Virus record (IMG/VR): IMGVR_UViG_3300037067_024288
Source: an uncultured virus (IMG/VR IMGVR_UViG_3300037067_024288)
Lineage: Duplodnaviria > Heunggongvirae > Uroviricota > Caudoviricetes
DNA length: 64,000 bases
Strand: one strand, 5' to 3'
The notes below the pieces were generated by a model, which worked only from the letters and a program-made list of their open reading frames with translations, searched no databases and was not told where the DNA came from. Position numbers and translations under genes: made by a program. Positions 31,662 through 40,551 of this stretch are shown piece after piece (within the stretch, counting starts at the first letter, position 1; each line of letters begins with the position of its first letter).

Positions 31662-32021
31662 ATGGAAAACGAAAAATTAGAACAAGCAGTTCAAAATGAA
31701 GGAGCTTTTTTCGGCTCTTTAAAACGCAACAACAAACAGATACGGGATGACCGTGCGATTGCTATTGCCGAAGATACTCAGTTGGTTTACAAACGCAAAA
31801 TTGAGGATTTGGATTTGAGTATTAAAAAAATGAAACGGGAACAAGAAAATATGCTTGACCTTTCACCCACAAATGCCCAAAGCCTTATTCTTGCCAGTGA
31901 TTTTGATTCGGCAATATATACCGAAAAAGACATTGATTTGGGTGTAAAAATTCGTAACGCTGAAATTACACTGGAAATTGCCAAAAAGCGGTATGATTAT
32001 TTATTTGGAGGAATTGAATAA
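31662..32021 (+). CDS. Coiled-coil hypothetical protein, first gene of multi-gene cassette
   Basis: ORF translationally coupled to the VWA gene. Confidence 0.55.
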   Translation: MENEKLEQAVQNEGAFFGSLKRNNKQIRDDRAIAIAEDTQLVYKRKIEDLDLSIKKMKREQENMLDLSPTNAQSLILASDFDSAIYTEKDIDLGVKIRNAEITLEIAKKRYDYLFGGIE

Positions 32022-32875
32022 TGGGAGGCGGTAGTTATTCTTTTGTAAGCCGTTCGGCTAGAGAGGAAGATTTAGGATATAAAACTAAATCAACTCAGGA
32101 AATTTTCAAACAACGTTCCATTAATAATGCAATGAACCCTTCTGGAATTGTTGTAAGAGAATCGAGGGATTCTAAAGAACACCCAAATGTTGTTTCTATT
32201 ATTTTGGCTTTGGATGTTACCGGCTCTATGGGGACTATTCCACACTTTCTTGTAAAAGAAGGATTGCCTAATATTATGGCAAGTATTATTAATGGTGGAA
32301 TTAATGACCCGCAATTATTATTCCTTGCTATCGGAGACCACGAATGCGATAATTCGCCTTTACAGGTAGCTCAATTTGAAAGTAGTGATGAATTGCTTGA
32401 TAAATGGCTTACTGACGTATATTTAGAAGGTGGCGGAGGAGGTAATTCTGGTGAAAGTTATTTACTTGCTTGGTATTTTGCCGGATTTCATACTTCAATT
32501 GATTGCTTTGAAAAAAGAGGCCAAAAAGGATTTTTATTTACCATCGGTGATGAACCTACATTAAAAAGTGTACCCAAAAGAGCCTTACAAAACATTATGG
32601 GAGATGGGCAGTATGATGAGTTTTCGGCTGATATGCTTTTAGAAAAGGCAAGAGAAAAATACCATTGCTTCCATTTGCACATAAAACAAACAGGTGCAGG
32701 AAGTAGACAGGAAACTATGGATGGTTGGAAACAACTAATGGGTGAAGGGCTTATAATTGTTGATAATAAAAATGATGTTTCGAGAATTATTTCAGAAACT
32801 ATTATTAAAACTCAACCTTCAAAAGCCAAAACAAAAGAAGAAGTTATTAATGTTAAACCTAATATTATTTTGTAA
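32021..32875 (+). CDS. VWA-domain protein
   Basis: MIDAS DVTGS, EGGGGGN.GESY, IGDE. Confidence 0.85.
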   Translation: MGGGSYSFVSRSAREEDLGYKTKSTQEIFKQRSINNAMNPSGIVVRESRDSKEHPNVVSIILALDVTGSMGTIPHFLVKEGLPNIMASIINGGINDPQLLFLAIGDHECDNSPLQVAQFESSDELLDKWLTDVYLEGGGGGNSGESYLLAWYFAGFHTSIDCFEKRGQKGFLFTIGDEPTLKSVPKRALQNIMGDGQYDEFSADMLLEKAREKYHCFHLHIKQTGAGSRQETMDGWKQLMGEGLIIVDNKNDVSRIISETIIKTQPSKAKTKEEVINVKPNIIL

Positions 32876-32986
32876 AATGGGACAAATTGGTTATTCAGAA
32901 CCCGTATCTTTTGAAGATATGGAACAAAAACAAGAAGAAGCTACTAAAACAGTAGAAAGTACCGAACCTGAAAAAACAGAACAGGA

Positions 32987-34093
32987 ATGAACTCAAAGGC
33001 TGTAATAGGCTTAGGATTTGGGGACGAAGGGAAAGGTATAACAACTGATTACCTTTGTTCTCATTCTGAAAATCCATTAGTAATAAGATTTTCTGGTGGA
33101 CAACAAGCTGGACATACTGTTGTATTAGATGAAAAAAGGCATGTATTCTCAAATTTCGGCTCAGGAACATTGCGTGGAATTTCTTCATATTGGGCTAAAT
33201 ATTGTACGGTTGAGCCTATTGGTTTAACAAATGAATTAAATAGTTTGATAAAAAGAGGAATAAGCCCAACGTTATTTATTGACGAACGATGCCCGGTAAC
33301 TACCCCCTATGATATTTTTAGTAACCAGAAAACAGAAGAAAGCAACCAACACGGGAGCTGTGGGGTTGGAATAGGGACAACAATAAATAGAGAGGAAAAT
33401 TACTATTCATTACTTTTTGGGGATTTATTTTATCCTTCCGTTTTATCAATTAAACTAAATGCTATAAAACAATTTTATGGATTTAAAGAATCAATTGTTT
33501 TAGATAGATTTTACGAATGTGTTGAACAGATTTTAAATTGCAAAAACATAAAACCTACATATAACTTCCCTTCTGGATTTGATAATATTATATTTGAAGG
33601 TTCTCAGGGACTTTTATTAGACAAAAATATAGGATTTTTCCCAAATGTTACAAGGGCAAATACTGGAAGTAAAAATATTTTAGATGCTGGATTTAAACCT
33701 GAATTATTTTTAATTACAAGAGCTTACCAGACAAGACATGGTAACGGACAAATGACAAACGAAAGTATTCCGAACAATATATTTTTAGACGCAAACGAAA
33801 CTAATATTTACAATAAATATCAAGGCAATTTTAGACGTTCATTGCTTGATTTAGACCTTTTACTATATGGAATGAATAAGGACGAATATATTAGGAATAA
33901 TGAAAATAAAGCCTTAGTTATTACCTGCCTTGACCATGTATGTGATGAGCATAGATTTACTTATAAAGGAGAAATTATATATTGCTCAAATGAGAATGAA
34001 TTTATTGCAAAAATTGGGAGCATCCTGAAAATTAAAGACATTTACATAAGCAATACAAACGAATCAAAAAATATAATAAAATGGGAAAAGTAA
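32987..34093 (+). CDS. Adenylosuccinate synthetase-like protein
   Basis: GFGDEGKG, RFSGG.QAGHTV, FEGSQGLLLD, TRAYQTRHG.G. Confidence 0.88.
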   Translation: MNSKAVIGLGFGDEGKGITTDYLCSHSENPLVIRFSGGQQAGHTVVLDEKRHVFSNFGSGTLRGISSYWAKYCTVEPIGLTNELNSLIKRGISPTLFIDERCPVTTPYDIFSNQKTEESNQHGSCGVGIGTTINREENYYSLLFGDLFYPSVLSIKLNAIKQFYGFKESIVLDRFYECVEQILNCKNIKPTYNFPSGFDNIIFEGSQGLLLDKNIGFFPNVTRANTGSKNILDAGFKPELFLITRAYQTRHGNGQMTNESIPNNIFLDANETNIYNKYQGNFRRSLLDLDLLLYGMNKDEYIRNNENKALVITCLDHVCDEHRFTYKGEIIYCSNENEFIAKIGSILKIKDIYISNTNESKNIIKWEK

Positions 34094-34242
34094 ACAAAAG
34101 TATTACAATGGATGAAACAATAGCCAATGAGGGTGAAAAACAGGCAACGATTGAACGCCGTTCGTTTAGTTCGTTGATTGAATATTTACTGAACAATTAC
34201 TTAATGGCTTTGAAAAAGCCAAAGAGCGTGGGGAAAAAATAA
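34081..34242 (+). CDS. Small ribbon-helix-helix-like regulator (53 aa)
   Basis: Read directly: MGKVNKSITMDETIANEGEKQATIERRSFSSLIEYLL. Confidence 0.6.
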   Translation: MGKVNKSITMDETIANEGEKQATIERRSFSSLIEYLLNNYLMALKKPKSVGKK

Positions 34243-34295
34243 AAACAAAAAGACTTATTAAGCAGTAACCCTGCTACGAAGAAAGGCTATTGCAC

Positions 34296-34421
34296 ACAAC
34301 GTTGGTGGTATGGTTAGTTGCCGATTGCAGGCGACTTTCCTATCAAAATACACAGAATTACAAGCGGGTGGTAACGCTTCAAATTAGTACTAACACGGCA
34401 ATTAACTATACCACGGGTTAT
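34296..34421. repeat. attC-like recombination hairpin
   Basis: aac-gttg-gtggtatggttagttgccg ... cggcaattaactataccac-gg-gtt. Confidence 0.85.
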
Positions 34422-34440
34422 AGCCAGTATTTTATTTATC

Positions 34441-35028
34441 ATGGAAAATCAAGAAATAATATTTGAAGGCAAAAAGATAAAACCTACGAAAACAGGTATT
34501 TGGAGATGTCCGTTTGGTTGTCATACCGATAATAGATTTGCTGCACCAAAATGGAAGACTGAAAAAGGATTTATGAGGCATTTAGAAAACTGTTACATGA
34601 GACCTTCTGCTGTTGAAAAACGAAATAATGAAAAACAGCAAAAATATAACGAGCAAATTGAACGCAATAACATTCTGGAAAAATTAAAGGATTCATTTAT
34701 TGCAACATTGAAATATAAAATTGGTGATGAAATTTGCTATGTTAAAAAAATTGTTGTAAAAGATACGCATGAATGGCGAGGCAACAGAAGCGTAAAAGTA
34801 AGATATGAACCAGTGCTTAGATTTGATGCAGTTAAAACAAATGTTTCATCAATTAATTTTGAAGAACCTGATATTATTCCAACTATTGAAAACATGAACC
34901 GATTTGTTTATTTCAATAATGGAATAAAACTCTCTGACATTATGAAATATGAAGATGCTGTCAAAATTGCAAAAGAAAAAACAATAGCTGATGAACAATA
35001 CAGGCACGAAAGTTCGATGCTGCGTTAA
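34441..35028 (+). CDS. Cassette hypothetical protein with zinc-finger-like N-terminus
   Basis: CPFGC...H...C. Confidence 0.55.
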   Translation: MENQEIIFEGKKIKPTKTGIWRCPFGCHTDNRFAAPKWKTEKGFMRHLENCYMRPSAVEKRNNEKQQKYNEQIERNNILEKLKDSFIATLKYKIGDEICYVKKIVVKDTHEWRGNRSVKVRYEPVLRFDAVKTNVSSINFEEPDIIPTIENMNRFVYFNNGIKLSDIMKYEDAVKIAKEKTIADEQYRHESSMLR

Positions 35029-35093
35029 TATTGGCTATAACGGTTGAGTAAAGTCAAGCGCGATTATTTTATTGTAAATCAGATTATTGAGTT

Positions 35094-35903
35094 ATGAATA
35101 ACTTGAAGTATGTTTCTTTACTTAAAGATGAAATGTCTTTAAAAAATTATAGTAAAAATTCCATAAAGTCTTATTGTGGGTGCATATCTGTATTTTTTAA
35201 TTTTTTTGTAAAAAAAGACATGCCGGAACATATATCAGTTGAAGAAATTAAGAAATATTTACTTACAATTTCACCATCTTATCGGAAGCAAATGATTGGC
35301 AGTCTGTCAATATTTTATAAATTAATAGGACAACCTAAAAAATTTGATCACATAGAATATCCAAGAAAAGAGAATCATTTTCCAATTATTTTAAGTAAAG
35401 ATGAAATTAAAAAAATTCTTAAAAACACAGTTAATTTAAAGCATAAAATTATTTTATCAACAATTTATTTTCACGGATTACGAATATCTGAATTGATTAA
35501 TTTAAAAATAACAGATATAGATTTTAGTAGAAATCTTTTAATAATACAACAATCTAAAGGTAATAAAGACCGTGTAGTTCCAATAAATAAAGATTGGATT
35601 ATTGTTGTTAATAGATATATTTCTATTTATAAACCAATAGAATTTTTAATAAATGGACAGTTATCTCCACAATATTCGGCAACATCAATCAGAAATATTC
35701 TTAATAATAGTTGCAAAATTTCAGGAATAAATAAAAGTATTAAAATTCACTCATTAAGGCACTCTTATGCCACACACCTATTAGAACAAGGAGTTTCTCT
35801 TAGATATATTCAGAATTTACTTGGACACGAAAATAGCCGGACCACCGAACGTTATACACATGTCAGTAATATCCATTTACAAAATATCCAAATACAATTA
35901 TAA
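35094..35903 (+). CDS. Tyrosine recombinase (integron-integrase-like, no IntI insertion)
   Basis: SAM-like N-terminus; GLRISE, KGNKDR, HSLRH, LGH, TERYTH catalytic motifs. Confidence 0.92.
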   Translation: MNNLKYVSLLKDEMSLKNYSKNSIKSYCGCISVFFNFFVKKDMPEHISVEEIKKYLLTISPSYRKQMIGSLSIFYKLIGQPKKFDHIEYPRKENHFPIILSKDEIKKILKNTVNLKHKIILSTIYFHGLRISELINLKITDIDFSRNLLIIQQSKGNKDRVVPINKDWIIVVNRYISIYKPIEFLINGQLSPQYSATSIRNILNNSCKISGINKSIKIHSLRHSYATHLLEQGVSLRYIQNLLGHENSRTTERYTHVSNIHLQNIQIQL

Positions 35904-36592
35904 TGTCGCCATATAAAATATTAATAGCATCTCCAACTAGTAAACATAAAGATTATTGTTTTAAAGAATGGTCAGATCATTTAAAAGAACTGACTTATCC
36001 TGTTGATATTCTGATTGTAGATAATACAAACGATTCTGGACAATATGCCAAACAAGTACTTTCAAAACATTTTAAAACTATTCATGTTGATTGGAAACAA
36101 GACGATAATTTTTATTCTATAATCACAAAATCTCAAAATATTATTCGAAAGTACACCTTATATTATAAGTATGAATTCCTATTTTTATTAGAAAGCGACC
36201 AAATGCCTAATTATAATGTAATTGAATATTTATTGAGCTTAAATAAAAGAGTTTGTTCCCTTCCCTATTTTACTTATACAGCCTTTCAGTCAAAGGTTTT
36301 ACAGTTTGATACCGAAGATTTTAGTCAAATAAGAGAGGGTCATTGTATGAATTTAGACAAATCTTTCTTAAATTGGGACGGAATTACTAAACCAAAAATG
36401 CAATCAGGGTTAGGATGTATTCTAATTCATAGATCAATACTTGAAAAGATTAAATTCAGATGTGATGAAGATCATGCTTCCGATACTTACTTTCATGAGG
36501 ATCTTAATAAATTAGGAATTCAGTGTTATGTCTCAGAGCTTTATTTTTCAAAACATCAAAATAGTAATTGGTTCAAAATATTGAAAAAATGA
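35903..36592 (+). CDS. GT-A fold glycosyltransferase
   Basis: IVDN, LESD, GLGCILIHR, SDTYF. Confidence 0.75.
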   Translation: MSPYKILIASPTSKHKDYCFKEWSDHLKELTYPVDILIVDNTNDSGQYAKQVLSKHFKTIHVDWKQDDNFYSIITKSQNIIRKYTLYYKYEFLFLLESDQMPNYNVIEYLLSLNKRVCSLPYFTYTAFQSKVLQFDTEDFSQIREGHCMNLDKSFLNWDGITKPKMQSGLGCILIHRSILEKIKFRCDEDHASDTYFHEDLNKLGIQCYVSELYFSKHQNSNWFKILKK

Positions 36593-37320
36593 AACTTACA
36601 AATTTACGACCTGCCTCAAATTATGAAGTAAGAGAATGGTTAGAGAAAACCATTAAAGAGCTTACTCCATATCAAAAAGAATGGATAAGAAATGAAGAAA
36701 TAATAAGATTTGCTCCTTTTAAATTCTATAAAAGACGAAAAACCGAGAAAGTATCTATTTTGTGGCGATTTACTATAATTGCATTCCCGATATACTTGGT
36801 TATTATATTCTCATTTTTACCTATTAAAATGATCATAACCGGTGAATGGGGATATGGCCAGAAATTTTACGATAATTTTCACGCCGCATGGCTTCATAAA
36901 CTTAATTTAAATGACTAAAATAGATTTAACTACCAAAAAAGAAATAAATCGTTCCTTTCTTGAACTGTTTGAAGAAAAACTGATTGCATTAGAAAATAGA
37001 ATTAAATTCGCTAATGATCAGCTAAATAAGGTAGATTATGAGATTGAAAAGTTTTATCTGGAAGAGGACATATTTGCCGGGCAGCAGGAAATAACAATAC
37101 ATAAAATTAAATCAAATGAACTTATTGATCGTAAAATACTGAGATACAAAATAATTCTGGGATTAGTCAGCGAAAAATATAAGATACTTCAAGAACGTGT
37201 TAAATCAGGCGTATATATCGATGCTTACGAGTTAGCGGATAAAAAGATTGATCTATTCCGGCTTCAGATTGAAATTTATGCAAAAAAGGAGTTTCTGATA
37301 AATTACGATAAACGAAAAGT

Positions 37321-38178
37321 TTAGTTCCCGTAATATTTTTGAAATAAATCATTTTCAGATTGAATAAGTGCCCTTTCATAATTATATAATAACTTGCCAG
37401 TTCTATCTTTGCGTTTCAGGAGTTTACCTATGGTTGATCCCTCATTTTCTTGGATATATTGGGTAATCGATTCTTTAAATTCTTCTTTTGAGAAAGGACC
37501 ATAAATTTTATTACGATTAAAATCTATATAGACAAAAAAGTCAAAATAACTACGAAGATTACTATTTCCTCTTTTATTCATTTCAATCGAATACCTATTC
37601 CATACTAAATTTTCTGCTATTTGTAATATTTCAGCATAATCCAGAAATTTTGATATATGTTTTTGAACTTTATCCGTTGTTTTATGCATCCGAAGAATAT
37701 TCATATTACTTACAATGCTTGAAGTACCCGCCCTACCAATACTTTGATAATGTATAATAATGTCACAGTCAACGTGCCTTTGAGTACAGAGAGAGCCTAT
37801 TAATTCCATACTCATGTTTGGTGAAACATATTTTGAAATATCTTCAATAACCAATAAACCACCCCTATAAAATTTTAAAATATATGCCAATGCTTCCTGA
37901 ATCTCACCCAAAGACATTTTATTACCATCGGGCTTAATAATACGAACCCTACGACATTCAACCTTTGGATGATAGGTAAATTTTCTGACATCTTTAAGTG
38001 CAATAGCTTTAAAATCACGATATTCGTCATTTACATCCAATATTAACACACGCCTAGCAGGAGCACCGGTTAAAACATTTCCTACGATATATTGCTTAAT
38101 AATTTTAATAGTGGTATATGTTTTGCCTACCCCTTTACTTCCACAAGCTATTGTTAATAATGGTTCGCGCTCTTTCAT
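37321..38178 (-). CDS. A32/FtsK-HerA-like genome packaging ATPase
   Basis: Walker A GSKGVGKT near N-terminus, Walker B LLVIED, QRH..DIIIHYQ (Arg finger + Q motif). Confidence 0.7.
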   Translation of the reverse strand: MKEREPLLTIACGSKGVGKTYTTIKIIKQYIVGNVLTGAPARRVLILDVNDEYRDFKAIALKDVRKFTYHPKVECRRVRIIKPDGNKMSLGEIQEALAYILKFYRGGLLVIEDISKYVSPNMSMELIGSLCTQRHVDCDIIIHYQSIGRAGTSSIVSNMNILRMHKTTDKVQKHISKFLDYAEILQIAENLVWNRYSIEMNKRGNSNLRSYFDFFVYIDFNRNKIYGPFSKEEFKESITQYIQENEGSTIGKLLKRKDRTGKLLYNYERALIQSENDLFQKYYGN

Positions 38179-38182
38179 AATT

Positions 38183-39064
38183 TTATTTTTCCCCTGGCTC
38201 GTTAAACTGTGCTACTTTAGCAATTTCAATATCTTTATTTTTTTTCCGGTAAGGTCCTCTTTTTTTACGTTGTACTCTTACATAAGTAGTACCATCATCG
38301 GTAGGATGTGCATTTTGCATGTTATTAATAGCTTCATCCGGTGTCGGGGCTTCTTCGGCATGTGCAACTCTATATTCCGGTTGCATAACTGTTAATTTTT
38401 CGAGAAATGCAGCCTGAAACATTTTTAATTGCAAGTGAGTTTCGAAACCAATTTTGCCCAATACTACAAGTAATTGTGCTTCAGGAGACATTTTTATATC
38501 ATGCTTTTTTGATAAAATGGTAACAATTTTTTTGATCTGGTTTTTATCCTTTGCACTAATATTTATTTCATCAATTGCAGCATTGACTTGCTCAGAGAAC
38601 TGTCCAACGGTCATTCTTTCACCTTCAATTTCTATCCTATATTTGAAGGTTTCAGGATCCAGTTCATATTTTTCGAGGGTTTTAGCACCTATCTTATATT
38701 GCTCTTTGAAAAGTTTATAAAGGAAATCCAGAAGATAGACAGCCGTCTCCCCGTTTAACTCAAAACCAAAATCATCATCATCGTCCTCTTCTTTTGATTT
38801 TTTAGGTTTATCAACGGTTAAATCCTGATCAGCATCTTGAAATTGAGTAGCATCAATAGGCTCATCAAAGTTAGGAGGTATAATAATTGGTTCCGGGATC
38901 TCGCCAAGTGGCCCATTAATTATATTAGGATCGACATTTGCGCCAGAATGCCCTCTGTCAACTGTTTTTGCGGCCATTATCGGATCAAGTATTTCTTCAT
39001 GACTGACATTAATTATGTCATTCACTTCTTCCGGTTCGTTGAATTGATTATTCTGTTTTCCCAT
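38183..39064 (-). CDS. Hypothetical protein upstream of packaging ATPase
   Basis: Acidic N-terminus, basic C-terminus. Confidence 0.5.
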   Translation of the reverse strand: MGKQNNQFNEPEEVNDIINVSHEEILDPIMAAKTVDRGHSGANVDPNIINGPLGEIPEPIIIPPNFDEPIDATQFQDADQDLTVDKPKKSKEEDDDDDFGFELNGETAVYLLDFLYKLFKEQYKIGAKTLEKYELDPETFKYRIEIEGERMTVGQFSEQVNAAIDEINISAKDKNQIKKIVTILSKKHDIKMSPEAQLLVVLGKIGFETHLQLKMFQAAFLEKLTVMQPEYRVAHAEEAPTPDEAINNMQNAHPTDDGTTYVRVQRKKRGPYRKKNKDIEIAKVAQFNEPGEK

Positions 39065-39608
39065 GATTATTATTTATAATGAAGTATTTTTCAAAGATTC
39101 TTTTAGATTCCACTTCTATTTCAGTGACTATTTGCTTTAAATGTAATTCCTGGGGTATGCTCTCAGAAAGGTTTAAGACATATTCAAACATTTCATTTAC
39201 CCGGATTGTATAATCAGTAAAATAAGAACGTATTTTGTTTGAATTAATCCCGTTTTTTCGTAAAACATAGACTATTGTTGAAAGTAAGTCAGTTTTAACC
39301 CGATTATTTTTTACTTTAAGGAATGATTTATTAATGTCAAGCTTTTTACAACAGAGATCAACAACTTCATCCATGACTATTAAATCTCTTTTTGTCAGAG
39401 ATTCAAGAATATTATTGACTTCTTTTTCGCCTATTGTTTCAACGGCTTTGATGAGATTTGTTAAAGTATTTGACGAAATGTCCATATTATTTGACTAATG
39501 ATACAAATGTAATATATTTTTCAACTATTAATTAAAGTATTTATGAAAACAAATTTCAGGATGAGCGATAAAATTGTTAAATTTGTGAGTATTAAAAAAT
39601 AACTTACA

Positions 39609-40013
39609 ATGGTTAGTGACTTTGGAACAATCTATACTCAATTTAAAGACAAACCAAAAGAGGCTATAAAGCATCTTAAAAAAGTCAGGGAAGGGGAATG
39701 TGTCTCTGCTTTATACCGAAAAGAAGTAGGTTATATTGATATTGTCTGGGGTAAAAATGATCCGAAAACTAATATTGGATTTGGGTTGAAGCATATTATT
39801 GAAAAACACGGAAAAGAAATAAAACAACTTGGATTTGAGATAGAGGATTTTATCCCCATTGTCATACAGTTTGGAAATTTAAATGCTAAAAAATCAATTG
39901 ATGGAAAGGTTGTTTTTGAGTCTAATATGTTCCGAGTTATAATTCAGACAGCATATTTAGGGAAAAAGAAAGTTTGGCTGTTATCTGCATTTGATTTGCG
40001 TAAAATAAAATAG
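39609..40013 (+). CDS. PBECR (barnase/colicin E5-like) RNase
   Basis: IDIVWG...GFGLKHIIEKH; WLLSAF. Confidence 0.7.
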   Translation: MVSDFGTIYTQFKDKPKEAIKHLKKVREGECVSALYRKEVGYIDIVWGKNDPKTNIGFGLKHIIEKHGKEIKQLGFEIEDFIPIVIQFGNLNAKKSIDGKVVFESNMFRVIIQTAYLGKKKVWLLSAFDLRKIK

Positions 40014-40551
40014 GACTTATTTCTAAGCCCTACTTTATTTTTGGAAACTGCCAAAACCGTACACGCTGGAAGTTTTACAAATCAGACGCTGCCTGAAATA
40101 ACCAAGACAAAGATAAGCAAATAAATTGGAATTATAAATAAAATTATGACCGATAACCAGACAAAAATATTATATGCTACTCTACTTGGTGCAATTGGGG
40201 CGAGTCTTACTCCAAATCCTAGCGATATAATCTATTGGAATTATCATAAAAAAATACGTGATAAATGGATGAAAGGCGAAATTTCAAGTAAAGAATATTG
40301 GAAACATCAAGCCATAGCACAATATGGTGCGAGTTCTGTATATTGGATAACTCTTTTAGGAATAGCTTATCTTATACCAGGAAAATATAAAAATAAACTT
40401 GGTATAGTATTAGGAATAGCAACAGTCGGGGCAATAGGTACAATGATTTATAAATTTTACCGACAAGATGAGAATGATAATATTGCTGAAGTCAATGCTA
40501 TTAAACAAAAACTGTATGAAAGCATTGACAATAATGATAAAAAATTAACAA

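Larger units (their letters stand above)
29397..35041 (+). mobile_element. Integron-like gene cassette array (5 cassettes, 5 attC-like hairpins)
   Basis: Cassettes 29556-29771, 29939-30727, 30844-31388, 31504-34300, 34417-35041 each start GTT and end AAC with mutually complementary ends; spacers fold back. Confidence 0.8.

Noticed and set aside
32987..34093. PurZ / 2-aminoadenine genome pathway
   Set aside because: Retains the PurA Asp (GDEGKG) rather than the PurZ Ser; no DatZ, MazZ or DpoZ recognised in the window.
29397..35041. CRISPR array or simple terminators
   Set aside because: Spacers differ in sequence, bracket whole genes and lack U-tails; the GTT/AAC logic fits recombination sites.
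35094..35903. Canonical IntI or prophage integrase marking an att boundary
   Set aside because: No IntI insertion before HxxR; viral-type genes continue on both sides and no attL/attR repeat was seen.
37321..38178. Terminase large subunit
   Set aside because: Too short, no nuclease domain; motifs fit FtsK/A32-type ATPases.
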